Source: Paraspadella gotoi
Lineage: Eukaryota; Animalia; Chaetognatha
Assembly: GCA_051294375.1 (NCBI GenBank)
Contig: CM119266.1
Location: 1,865,554-1,929,553 of the forward strand
Direction: 5' to 3'
DNA length: 64,000 bases
In this document: one piece after another, positions 1 through 13,186 of the stretch
Layout: every line of letters starts with the position of its first letter
Numbering within the stretch: position 1 is the stretch's first letter
The notes under the pieces: model-generated
Database searches by the model: none
What the model was told of the DNA's origin: nothing
What the model saw: the letters and a program-made list of their open reading frames with translations, nothing else
Translations under genes and position numbers: made by a program

Positions 1-9
1 TTGTCCGTT

Positions 10-422
10 CGCAACTCACCGCCCCTTTTTCCTCATCAAACTTACCCGCCTTCTTTCAACTTACCAGCCCCTTCCTTAAACTCACGTCCCGCCACTTCCA
101 TTTAACTCACGGAACCAGCCACTTCCTTTAACTCAACGCCGCACCCTTCAATTCACGTATAGATCTGGATCATTTGACCCGCGCCCTTCCTTCAACTCAC
201 CCGCCGCCTTCCTTCAACTCACCGGCCCCTTCCTTCAAACTCAAACCGGCCCTTCCTTCAACTTACCCGCCCCTTCATTGCAACTCACCCGCCCCTTCAT
301 TTCAACTTACTCCGCCCCTTCATTTCAACTCACCCGCCCCTTCCTTCAACTTACACCCGCCCCTTCCCTTCAACTTACCCGCGGAATACCCGCTCCTTCC
401 TTCAACTCACGCTGCCCCTTCC
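10..422. repeat. Degenerate minisatellite of about 21 bp (CCCGCCCCTTCCTTCAACTCA)
   Basis: Recurrent CCCTTCCTTCAACT(C/T)AC motif; explains the Pro/Ser-rich ORF 174-440. Confidence 0.85.
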
Positions 423-874
423 TATCAAGGGTGTCGCTAATCTTCATGTCAAAATGCAGTTTCTATTCTAATTGTGGGCGGCAAACACGCAACTCAATTT
501 CTCAAGGACAATAGGAACAATTGGACAATAGGACAATAGGAATAAAAGTCTCGAAAATGCTTAGCCGTCAGATTTCGAAATGTTATTAATTAAAAGTTTT
601 ATATAAAATCATTTTCAGCAAACGAACGCAAAATAATTACTTTTAGCTATTAATATAATAATTTTAACGATATACGGTTCGTTTTGGGCAACACAAACAA
701 GATCCTCGTTTGTCATCGAGAGAATTTCGTTTTTCTCGTTAAAAAAAAAAACAGACGAACAAAACAAAACTAAAACAAATAAAAATAAAAAGAAATACAG
801 AATTTGTTTCCTGACAGAAAAGTTGGTGAGGATGGAGTTTTTTTAATCAATCAAAGACGGAGAATATGGGGGAG

Positions 875-1365
875 AGGGAATAGAAGGAAGAAAAAAGGAA
901 GAAGGAGGAAGAAAATTGAAGAAAATGTCAGTGGGAGATAGAAAAGAAAATAGAGGAAGGAAAAAAGGTGGGAAGGAGGGATAGATAATATTGAAGAAAT
1001 GTGCAGAGGATGAAGAAAGGAAGAAAATAGAAGGAAAGGAAAAGGTGGAAGGAGGAAGAAATTGAAAAAGAAAATGTCAGAGGAGGAGAGGGAAGATAAA
1101 TAGAGAAAGGAAAAAGAAGGAAGGAGGAGAAAATTGAAGAAAATGTTCAGTGGAGAGAGAGGAAGAAAATAGGGAAAATGGAAAAGGAGGAGGGGGAAGA
1201 AAAATTAAAGAAAATGTCAAGTGGGTGATAAAGAGAAGAAAATAGAGGAAAAGAGAAAAGGAGGAAGGAAGGAAGAATAAATTGAAGAAAATGTCAGAGG
1301 AGAGAGAAGGAAGAAAATAGGAAGAAAGAAAAAAATGAGGAAGGAGGAAGAAAATTGAAGAAGAG
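875..1365. repeat. Purine-rich degenerate minisatellite with a unit of about 60-65 bp
   Basis: Repeating AATTGAAGAAAATGTCAG...GAAGAAAATAGA...GGAAGGAGGAAG. Confidence 0.75.
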
Positions 1366-1967
1366 ACGTTGAAATATTTGGAAGGGGTAATAGGAGAAAA
1401 GGAATATTGAATGAAAAGAGGATTAAAAAAGGAATAATAAAGAATTGAAGGAGGAAGCCTAAAGGAATTTGTTGAAAGGATTAAGGATTAAGAAAAGAGT
1501 AAAATCACGCGGTAATGGGAGAAATAGAAGAGAAAAAAAATATAGCGAAGAGAAGTAAAAGAGGAAGAAGAAGAAGGAAACTAGAACAATAAAAAAAGAA
1601 AGATGAGATCATAGATATAAAGATGAAAAAAAAGATAAGAAAAATTAAGCATGGATCGAAAGTTTTCTTTACGTTGAAATCAAAAGGTGAACTTCGCGCT
1701 AAAATCGGATTTTGAGAGGATCGCGTATCGCATTTAAAAAATATTCGATATAATCGGGGTCGGGACGAGGCGGCATGTAAAACGGGTAGGGGGGGGGGAG
1801 GGATGGAGGGGAAAGACGGAGGTGGCTGCGGGGGGGTGGGTTGGTGGGGGTGGAAGAAGAAGAAAGAAGAAGAAGTAAGCAGAAGGGAAGAGTTTTAGAA
1901 AAGGAGAGACCGACCATGCGAGAGAAGCGAGAAGAGCGAAAACATGTGTGTAAACGACGCGAGGGAA

Positions 1968-2056
<89 letters not shown>

Positions 2057-2720
2057 AAGAAAAGAAGAGAGAAAGAAGAGTAGAGAGAGAGTGACGCCGC
2101 GGAAGCGGAGAAAGTGTGGAAACGTCGTTGTTGCAGAAAAATCACAACCAATGGAGAGATATTCGAATGGTGTAGAAAGAGAGAGAGAGAGAGAAAGTAG
2201 AGAGGAAGAGAAGAAATTGTATTGAGAGTGAGAGAGAGAGAGACTGTAGACTGGATGATGTCTTTCACTGCGAATGAACTGCAAGTCTCTGCCCTGTATA
2301 GACTGACTACTGCAATTCCATTTTGAAAAATGCAAATGAGGTGCTGGTCTGTCTTGTCGGGTCCCCCTGGAGACCCCTGAGTCCTTTCGTCCCTGTAAGT
2401 CTGTGAGAGGCAGTAGAGGCAGTGAGTTGTGTGAGTCTGTGAGGCTCCCCGAGTCAGTCGTCCGTCTCGCTTAAGGATTCGTCCTCGAACGCCCGAGCAA
2501 AGGTCAGTTTTTTCCTTTTTTTAGTGTTCCTTTGTTTAGATTCTTGACGTTCGCGTGGCCCTCTGTGGTTCGGGTTCCTAACTCTTTGGCGCAAACAAAG
2601 TTACACGGATTTCAAATGGGAAAGTGAAGTTGAAAAGATTTTGTTATTACTTTAACTGATTCAATATGATTGATATTTGAACTCAATTTCATTATTTAGA
2701 AATATATATAGATATATATA

Positions 2721-2760
<40 letters not shown>

Positions 2761-5700
2761 ATAAATGTTCGCTAGTAATAGCAATTGATAATACATTTAC
2801 ATCAGAACCGAATGGTGTGCTGTGCCTTCCAGCAGCTGTTTTGCCAACATTTCTCCTCTCGTATTTGATAGTTCTATTGTATAGCTCATTGTAAAAAAAA
2901 TTGAGCCGAACATTTTAATTTTTACCTTGATTAGTTAGTTATAATGTCTTGGGAGGCATGTAAAAAAAATTATTGATAATATATTTCAAGGTTTAGTGAA
3001 GGCAAACAGGCTATTGCCAGAATACCTTGTTCTTTCACAATTTTTTTCAATGCTGAGAAATTTTTTATTTTCAATAAGTTTTTAAACTAGAAAAACTATT
3101 TAAATTAAAATGGCTCTCATTGTGGTTTGTTAAAAAAAGCTTTTGACTTTCTGATTGCTCAGGCAAAGTACTCCAATGGCTATATCTTGTAAAGTATGAA
3201 CTAATAATTTTTTAACATTTGCTATTATTTTTATAAAAATATTATCTTATAACAAGAAGGTCCTTTTCAAATGGGCAAAAAACAATTTTTTTTTAAAATA
3301 ATTTGATCCTGGGAGTTCAAATAATAAAAAAACGTCAGTGATTTTTTTTACCATAGTGCAAAATCTAAGTTTTTAATAACAATTATTTAGCCCCACATTT
3401 TCACTCCCATTTGAATATACCCGGAGTATATATGTTTGGGCGTAATTGTTACGTTTATGAATAAATGCGATGTAAATGACGAGAACGTTGTTGGAGCCGG
3501 AAAAAATAGAATGGAATAAAGATTAATGAAGAGAGAGAGATGAGGGCGTGGCGTCAATCTTTGTCAAGAAAAAAATTATCTGTTATTTGAATTTTTAAAT
3601 TTCGATTAGCGGCGGAGTATTTGCGACGATGACGATAGTATGAATGCGATTATGATGAAGATGAAATTATTGTGACGAATAATTGACGATGATGCAATCG
3701 ATGAGGCTGACATGATAATTGCAGAAATTGACGATCGACGAATGAGCGACGACCCCGCGTTTTCCGTTTTTTTCCCTGCTCCCGATTGTAGAATCACATC
3801 TTCTTCTCTCTCACGTCTCTAATCTCGACGCGAAAAATTATCAGCACGAACCATCACCGAATTTATCACCGAGGTATCATCGCAATTAATCTTATCACCG
3901 AAGATTTCACGATCGGCATTATTGCACGTTTTTTCGCCTTTGCGCCCGCCAACCCGTCTCACTCTCCACCCCCCGTTCCAAAAAAAAAAAAGACTCCGTT
4001 CGTCAAATCAAAGGCGCGAAATTTTTTACTCCGTATTTCATCTTCTCCGTTTTTTATTTTCCCCACAATTTTTTTTATATTCTTTTTTATTTTAACCTAA
4101 TTCCTTATTTTTTTATAAGCTTTTTTATGTTTTTCTTTTTGGTTCTTCTTTTCTCCGATATTTTGTTTTTTAAACTGTTTTCCTTTTGTCATCCTTTCAT
4201 TTTCTTTTGTCTATCTGTTTCTTCCCTTTTGCGCCCCCTATTATTAGTTGGCCGCGAAATATACTCGGCTTTTTTACGATTTTACACTTTTCGGTGCCGA
4301 TCGGTCGATCGCGTAGGTCGGTCGGTATGTCTGTCGCGTCGGTCTGCCCACTTACCCTTAAAATGGCATATAAATTGGGCTATAGTGTGGTTGCTCTTTT
4401 TGTTCAGACAGAAAAAAACCTCAAATTAAGGGACTGCTAGGCGCCCGCCTTTCAGGGAAATCATAAAACTTAAAAAGAAAATAAAAGACGAAATTTGGAA
4501 TGGCAAGTGCATCGTTCATAAATATACGGGACTAAAGAAAAGTTATTGTAAGTAATGTAAGTCATGTTATGTCACAGAGTAAATTAGACTGGATAAGGCA
4601 GATCACTGGGCGCAAACACATTTGATTACCGTGGTCTTATTGTTTTTCCCTCCTTTTTTTGCTTCCTCCTTAATCTATATCTTTTTTCGCACCCCACAAA
4701 TTGTTTTTCTCTCTTTTAGCACCTTTTTTCACTTATTCGAGGCTCTTTCGTTCACGATCAGTATGTTGTAAATGCCTTCTTTACTCTCTTTTCTTTTTTT
4801 TTTGTTTTCCTTTTCTTTTTTCTTTTTCCGTTTTCTTTACTTCTAATCTATTTCTTTTTTTCTTTCGCGTTTTTTTGTTATTTCACTCCTCGCTTTCCAA
4901 TGCTCTCCCTCATCTGACTTTTTGATCACTCGCTCTCCATTCTTTGTCTTTTTTTGTCTTCACAAGCAAAATTTTTTTGTGTCGCCTCTTTTGACGATTT
5001 TCTTAACAGGAAGTCTAAACGATGCTTTCCAATCTATTGTCTCTGCTAACCACACACTCTCTCTCTCTCTTCCGCTCTCTCTCTCTCTCGTGGCCAGTCT
5101 CGTCTCTCTCTCTCTCTCTCTCTCTCTTCATGCCTCTCCTCCGGCATCACTGTTCTTCTCAATCTCTCTCTCTCTCATTGTCTCTCTCTCTCTTCCGTAA
5201 GGATTCCTCCTCTCCTCTCCGGTCGTCTGTCCTCCTCTCTCCTCCACACAACTCTGGATTCTCGCCCTCATCTCGCCTTCTAGCTCTTCTCGGCTCTCTC
5301 CTCTCTCGCCCTTCTCTCTGCTTCTCTCTGTCTCTTTCCCTCTCGTCTCCTCTGTGTCCCTAAGAAAGACGAGCTTGCTCTTTCTTGCGAGACAGATCAG
5401 CTATAATTTTCAAATCTAATCACCGACGTTTTTTTTCTCTTTTATGGCTTCCTTCTTAACATGCTTCTTTCTGGTCTATGTGCAGACACAGAATTATATC
5501 GTCTCTCTGTCTCTCTATCTCAATCTCTCTCTTCTCTCATCTCCTCTCTCTCTCTCTCTCTCTTCATCCGTCTCTATCTCTCTCTCCTCTCTCTCTCTGT
5601 CTGCCGTCTTTATCTCTCTCTCTTCTCTCTCTCTCTCTTTCTTGCGAGAGCAATCAGCAACATAATTTCAGGTTTTTTCATCTTTTTGGGCTTCCTTTTC

Positions 5701-5800
5701 TTAAACATGGCTGTCTCTGGTCTATGTGAACAAAGAATATCTCTCTCTCTCTCTTCATCTCTCATCTCTCTCTCTCTTGTCTCTCTCTCTCTCTCTCCCC

Positions 5801-5834
<34 letters not shown>

Positions 5835-6680
5835 CTCTCAATTCGTCTCTTCTCTCTTCCTCTTTTTCTCTCTCTTCGAGAAAGACGGGAATTTCTCCTG
5901 TCCCCCTCGAGACTCTCCGAGTCTCGAGGTCTGGCGTCCCTCAGCTTTTTCCTCGATTTCCGTCGTCTTCTTTCGTCTTCTTCGTCTTCATCTTAGTCTT
6001 CTTCGTCTTCGTCTTTGTCTTCTTCGTCTTCGTTCTTCGTCTTGTTTCTTCGTCTTTGTCTTCTTCGTACTTCGTCTTTGGTCTTCTTCGTCTTCGTCTT
6101 CCGTCTTCTTTCGTTTCTTTGTGCTTCTTTCGTCTGTCTTTTTGTCTTGTCGTTTTCTGTTTGTTTTTTTTTGTTTCTTTCTTTGGTTTTTCATTGTCGT
6201 CTTCTTTGTGATTACGTCATTGTCTCCTCGTCATTGTAAAATTTTATCGTGGTCCTTACCCGAGTTATTTTTTGTCGTCGTTATTGTCGTCGTCGTCGTG
6301 TGTGACTGTCATCATTCACGATCGTGATTTTACGTTCGGTTTTTTCCCGGTTCGAATCCTCGACTTTTCCTTTTTTTCTCTTTCCTCCCCTATTTAATTA
6401 TCTATCATATTTTTTATTTTTTGGTTCCTTTCACTTCTATCATATATTTTTCCTGTCTCTTAATATTTTAACTATTCATAATTTCCGTTATTTCTTCCCT
6501 TTATCCGTTCTTTAATACATCCCGTCTCCTTTTGTCCCGTTTTCTTACTTCCCGCCTCCCGTCTTCTCCTTTCTTTTCCCGCTTCCGCGGGAAGACGCGG
6601 TCGCAAAACCCCGGACCGCCGTCGCTGCCGCTCCCGCGGACGGGCCACAATATGGAGCGAGGGAAGAAGAGAGAGAAGAG

Positions 6681-6749
<69 letters not shown>

Positions 6750-8414
6750 GACGAGCAGAACTAAACAGAGAAACTTGGGGTTTTTCACCGATTCTGGATT
6801 GTTTAATTTAAGAAACGAGGAGAGAGGAGAGAGGAAAAGAAAAGTGACTGTTAAGAATAAGCGACTGTCTAGAATCTTAAATGTGGTATAGACAAAGGAG
6901 GGAGAGGGAAATGGTGGAAGAAAAAGAGAAGCTGATCGAAGGAGGAAAGTGCACGCACAGCGAAGAAGAGGAAAAAACTGTTTGCAGGTCGTGGAATTTG
7001 AATGTTGAAGGTGGCGATTAATAGCAGAACCGAAAAGGGTTGAGTTGAAACGCGGTGATAAAAGCAGAACAGAAAGTTTACGCGTACCTTCAAATGCCGG
7101 TGATTTAATTATATAAATATAAAAGATATATAAATAAGATAAAATCAATAGAAAGTTACAGGCAAGAAACATTCTGAGTTACATTTTTTTTTTTTTATTA
7201 TTTAAGGCGTCAAGAGAGCGAAACATTTGGTGCCGTAAAATGATTGTTCACTTCTCCGTAAAGACTGATAAGTGCCGACGTAGCTTGAGTTCAAATTTGC
7301 TTCAGCTTGTTTAGCTCAAGTTGTAGATTTAGATTTAATTAAGAATCTTTCAGCGCTTCATTCAAACATGAATTTCAACTCATCTACTTTTCAAATTACA
7401 CAAATTAAGCATTCTAATGAACTTGATCATTTAATGACGCCAATCCAACAAATATCACCCTTGACTTTCATCTTCAACCGTGCGCTAGCGACTTATATCA
7501 CGTGATATCGAAAATCCTCATCAAATCATTTCACGTATGATCGACTCATCACATTCAGCGGAATTTCAGCTCGCCGAGTCGAAGCGAATCTTATTCGCAT
7601 TTCAAGCTCTTCGAAATGAATTCACTCAGTTCACACCAGAATTCTCTCAATTCACTTTTTGCAATTCACCCAAAATTCTAGAAGCAACGTACTGGAGTAA
7701 AATAACGATATCTGTGGATTGCGCATACCCATTAAAGCGCCCGATTTCAGTTAAAGACTCTGGAATTAAAATTTTTTTAGGTTTAAAGGTTACAATTAAA
7801 AGGTTAGAGATAGGGAATTCATGATAGGGATTAGATAGAGGAATTAGATTAAGGGATTGAGGGCTAGAGAAATTTCTCAAAAATTAACGGTTATCGGAAC
7901 CCTACTCGTGTAGCTTTGAATGAGGGATTAAGGTTAAACATAAAGATTAGATTAAGTTCGTTTTGTAACAGAAATGGGGCGCTTTCGGAAAGTGATGACT
8001 TACCGTTTTTACGATTTTCCATTTTGTTTTAAAAATTGATTTAAGGTTTCAAATATCAATGGAAATATAAAAAAAAATTAAACAAAGGAAGACATCTCAT
8101 TTTCCTTAAGGCTTACTCTTATTACGACTATATTTCCTAAGTCAAACTAGACATTTTATTAAGGTTTCCGTCGCCTATAGGGTAATATTTTTTGAAACTA
8201 TTCCAAAAATATTTTAAAATTTAAACACTTGTAATTTTCACACCCTCGTTCACAAATTCCATCCGCCGATTCACAAATTCCCTCACCAACTATTTTCTTT
8301 TTCCTTCTTCACAGAATCCCTCGCCGACGAATTCCGCTCCGTGATTCGTTCACTTTTGAATCGGCGCCATTTTGAAAACCCTGAGGATCTCGTCGAAGTC
8401 ATCGCCTTTGAATA

Positions 8415-8772
8415 CTTGAAGGTGAATGTGAATGTGTGAATCCAGTTTCACGTCATTTGAAAGTGAATGTGTGAATCGAGTTTCACGTAATTTCAAGGTG
8501 AATGTGAATGTGTGAATCGAGTTTCACGTAATTTGAAGGTGAATGTGAATGTGTGAATCGAGTTTCACATAATTTCAAGGTGAATGTGAATGTGTGAATC
8601 GAGTTTCACGTAATTTCAAGGTGAATGTGAATGTGTGAATCGAGTTTCACGTCATTTGAAGGTGAATGTGTGAATAGAGTTTCACGTAATTTCAAGGTGA
8701 ATGTGAATGTGTGAATCGAGTTTCACGTCATTTGAAGGTGAGAGTCTGGGTGAATCGAGTTTCACATAATTT
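8415..8772. repeat. 41-bp minisatellite, 9 copies (two are 35-bp variants)
   Basis: Unit TTT(C/G)AAGGTGAATGTGAATGTGTGAATCGAGTTTCACGT(A/C)A, head to tail with no spacers. Confidence 0.95.
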
Positions 8773-11700
8773 TATCAAAGCCAAGAGACAAGGAATTTAA
8801 TTTTTATCCATTTTCTTTTTATACGATGGAAAATAAATATTTGAAGTACCTACTACAAAATTTTTTGGGTTTTTTTTCTTTTGGATTTTCGGCTTCCAAG
8901 TTTTTTTTTGTCGATGAAGGAAAACAAATTGGGAAATTGAATCCGATTTAAATTGTGGATTTTCGAAAGAGAAAATATAAATTTTGGAATTATTGTTTTT
9001 AATGTTTTGAAATAAAACGTTAAGGAGTATTGTTTTGTCTATTTTGTTGTTGTTGTCCTTTTCTTTTCTCCGATAATTGAAAGGTCAAAACCGACGCCTC
9101 GTCGTCGNNNNNNNNNNNNNNNNNNNNNNNNNNNNNNNNNNNNNNNNNNNNNNNNNNNNNNNNNNNNNNNNNNNNNNNNNNNNNNNNNNNNNNNNNNNNN
9201 NNNNNNNNNNNNNNNNNNNNNNNNNNNNNNNNNNNNNNNNNNNNNNNNNNNNNNNNNNNNNNNNNNNNNNNNNNNNNNNNNNNNNNNNNNNNNNNNNNNN
9301 NNNNNNNNNNNNNNNNNNNNNNNNNNNNNNNNNNNNNNNNNNNNNNNNNNNNNNNNNNNNNNNNNNNNNNNNNNNNNNNNNNNNNNNNNNNNNNNNNNNN
9401 NNNNNNNNNNNNNNNNNNNNNNNNNNNNNNNNNNNNNNNNNNNNNNNNNNNNNNNNNNNNNNNNNNNNNNNNNNNNNNNNNNNNNNNNNNNNNNNNNNNN
9501 NNNNNNNNNNNNNNNNNNNNNNNNNNNNNNNNNNNNNNNNNNNNNNNNNNNNNNNNNNNNNNNNNNNNNNNNNNNNNNNNNNNNNNNNNNNNNNNNNNNN
9601 NNNNNNNNNNNNNNNNNNNNNNNNNNNNNNNNNNNNNNNNNNNNNNNNNNNNNNNNNNNNNNNNNNNNNNNNNNNNNNNNNNNNNNNNNNNNNNNNNNNN
9701 NNNNNNNNNNNNNNNNNNNNNNNNNNNNNNNNNNNNNNNNNNNNNNNNNNNNNNNNNNNNNNNNNNNNNNNNNNNNNNNNNNNNNNNNNNNNNNNNTAAT
9801 GTAAAAAATTTGAAAATAAAAAAAAACAACATTTAAATATTTATTTTTTTTAAAAAATCCATCAAATTACATTATACTACTACGATCTGAAGATCCTTGA
9901 CGAATCGAAAAAAAAAAGAGAAAATGAAATCGAGTGTAAATTTCTGTCTCCTGAAATCTTGAGAACGTCTCATTGCGTTTGATGCTTCAAGTAGTTTCTA
10001 GTAGTATCGAGAATACGAGATGCTGAATTGTTGGATTATTCTCGCTTGGATTTATATGAGATATTGGATTAAGTGTTCTCTTTTTATTTATTATTTTTAA
10101 GTTTTCAGTTTTAATCCACTCTTTGTAAAATATTTACATTTAATTAAATCTCCTAATTTTTATTTGAGGGCGTTCTCTTATTTTGGCACGAGGAAGTAGA
10201 AGTATGTAGAAGAATATTTATAAACTGTTAAATTTGTTATTTCTTTGTACTATTATATATATGGTTTTTACATGAAAACATGTTTCGGCTATTTGTTTCC
10301 CTAAATTGTCTTCATGTACATTGTACAAACTATTTTCATTTTGTACACCAATTAAAAATGGCATTTTTGTTTTGTTATTTCTCAGTTCGAAAATTTGTCA
10401 TTTGTTATTTGTCATTGAATCCTTTCTTCTCCTAAATTATGTCTCCGGATGTTCAATCTTCACTGACGCGAAAAGTGACATTGATCTGTTGTGAGACCAA
10501 CTTTTTTTTCTTGTTTTGAGGAAGAAAAAAAATGCAATTATCCAGGGATTTCATTNNNNNNNNNNNNNNNNNNNNNNNNNNNNNNNNNNNNNNNNNNNNN
10601 NNNNNNNNNNNNNNNNNNNNNNNNNNNNNNNNNNNNNNNNNNNNNNNNNNNNNNNNNNNNNNNNNNNNNNNNNNNNNNNNNNNNNNNNNNNNNNNTTTTT
10701 TAATTCCAGATTTCTCGGAATTGATTCCACTCTTAACTCCCTGCTCATCTCGATTCCACTCTCAACTTCCTTTTTTTTTATTCTGAATTACAAAATCCAA
10801 TTTTCAGCTGGTAGAATAAAGAGTTAAGTTACGATTAGTTATAAACTTATAAACTTCCACTGACTGACTGAATCAGTATAATTTTGAAGATTTATTCAAA
10901 ATAATCGAAAATGCATGTTAAAGATATTAATTGGCTTCTCATAAATGCGCAAGGATTATTGATCCCCGTCTCGACAGAGATCCGGTTCGAACCGAAAAAA
11001 AGTCTTCAGCGATCCTGTTCGAAAGTCGTTGAGCTCGATTCCCATCGAATTCCCTTTAGGCTTTCCTCTGGGAACTGGCGGCGGAGACGGCGTTCCCGAC
11101 CGACGCCACCGCCGACGGGCCGCGCCACCCTAGCGTTGACGCCGCTCTCCTCTTCTTTCTGCTTCCGCGGCGTCGGGATTGGAAGGCGACGCCGGCGCAA
11201 AAGAGACGATTGAAAAAGTAGACCGAGAATCTCGCGAACCCAATCATCCGCACTGTGTCACTCAAAACCCTTTCCCCTCGGAGTCTCCTTTGAACTTTTT
11301 CGAACGGCAGCCCTAGAACCTGAGCGGTCGGATATTCTCCTGAACGAGAAGGACAAATTCCGGTTTCAAACCCATCGGATCCGCCATTGGTTGGGGTTCT
11401 TCTTTTGTGTTTGCCTGCATTGTGTGAATCAACCCGGGAGAGGATGGTCAGAGAGAGAGAGAGAGAGAGCAGAAGCAGGTTAGCATGGACTACAGGAGAG
11501 AGATCCAGAGAGAGGAGATATGGCCGTGAAAGGGCAATCATTCAACGCCGCCCCGCTAATCAGAGGGAAAGGATATTTCTTGAGAATCGAGATAGAAGGA
11601 GAAAGTACTCGTCGGCGCATGAACAAGGTTCTTGCTTGCGGGATCCACGGTCAGCTGCAAGGTGTAAATCCGAACTAGTCCTCTTTACTGGACACTTGTG

Positions 11701-12628
11701 CAGGGCGGAACAGCATCCACCGTACCCGGCAAGTAACCGCACACGATCGAGAACAGGGGAGTGTCTGCTGCGGACAGTGTTCCTCAGAGCTTCGCGGTTG
11801 AGTGTGGTGTCACTCTATGTTGTCAGCCTCTTGGGTTGTTGCATTGACTCCGTCTCTGGAGACAAGTCTGCTCGTCCGTCCACTCAGCAGTCATTCTGCT
11901 GTTAGCGAATAGAAAATGAGCGATCTTTTTAGGCCGGAACCTCTCCAGCCCGTGCTCGTCAGACCTCTGCCTTCGCTTTTGTTTGAGGTTTTTCAAGTTT
12001 TACCGTCGGGGTTATTTTCAAGACGGGGGTACTTTTCCCGGGTTTTTTCCGGTTCTGTCAAGTGTTTTGTTGGTTGCCAATGGAATGGCGGGTCCGGGGA
12101 ATGAAGTTCGGTCGAGTTTAACAACTGTATTATTTCCGCGTGGAGCGATCGGATGGACCTAAGGTACTTCATGGATGCTGTCCTCGAGGTCGCGGACACA
12201 ATCGCTCCCGGGATAGATGGATTATGATGACGGGGGCGGAGATATTTTTGAAAACTCCATTTCCCAGGAGCGGATATTTCATGCCAGGAGTCCCGAGAGA
12301 GATTAACAGTAGACATTCTTCCGCCTCCCGAGCCAAATGGAACCCGGAGAAGGAAGTGAGTGGAAGATTGGAGACGCTCGTCATGGTCTCCACAATTATA
12401 AAAAGTTAGAAAAATAAGTCTCCAATTCAAAGGGTCTTCCCAATTCATATATAAGGGTCGTCGGCAGGGCACGAGGCACGAGAGTACAAAAAGTTGTTTC
12501 CTAGTTTTCCTTCGTTTCCAATTCCTCGCACCATCAAGATTCCACCCAAATCAGTAGTTATCGTTTCACAGATATAAATATTCTCCTCTCTTATTTTTAT
12601 CTCCGCTACCGTTGACTTCCACTTCCAG

Positions 12629-12886
12629 GCGCAGGTTCCTGTTCTCAAATCTCTCTGACCAGCATCATACTCTTCTTCTGCGCTCCCCTTTGACATACGT
12701 GGGGACGCTGCTTCGCTCCAAACTGGGTCAGTCCCTTTTCAAGAGGCCAATCGCCTCCTGGCAGGAAAAGGAGAGGCGCTGGGTCAAGTTCCGCCCATGG
12801 AGAGACATGGCTATCATGAGATGCCGCAAGGTGAGTAAGCGAAGGAGAGAGAGAGAGAGAGAGAGCAGAGAGAGAGAAGAAGAGAG

Positions 12887-12931
<45 letters not shown>

Positions 12932-13186
12932 GGTTTAAATATAAAGGTCTTTGGCTAAATCTACCTGTTGCCCTGATTTAACGTTTTACACAGTTTGGTT
13001 GATTTTCAATTGTATTTTTGTATATGGTTAGGTTGCCTACCGCGTTTGAACTGGCCAACTATGAAACAGAGCTGCAAATTAAGGGAAGGAATCGTAACGA
13101 TCACTCGCGTCGCACAGCATCAGCAGAAGACGAAGTTTTTTCGTCGCAAACTCAACTCTTCAGTTCTTCTCGCAACAATCGTACCG
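12629..13186 (+). CDS. Two candidate exons (12629-12830, 13032-13186) of an unidentified, indel-corrupted gene
   Basis: TTCCAG| acceptor, strong AAG|GTGAGT donor, (GA)n-containing intron, TTAG| acceptor and CG|GTGAGG donor; frames join convincingly only if indels are assumed. Confidence 0.35.

Noticed and set aside
1699-6891. Long SLSLSL, ERERER and Phe-rich ORFs (also at 25338-25789, 32600-33484 and 49810-53362)
   Set aside because: Translations of (CT)n/(GA)n and (TCT/TCG)n repeats.
7222-7240. ACATTTGGTGCCGT, resembling an LTR end plus tRNA-His primer-binding site
   Set aside because: Only about 9 nt match, and there is no LTR pair or gag/pol sequence.
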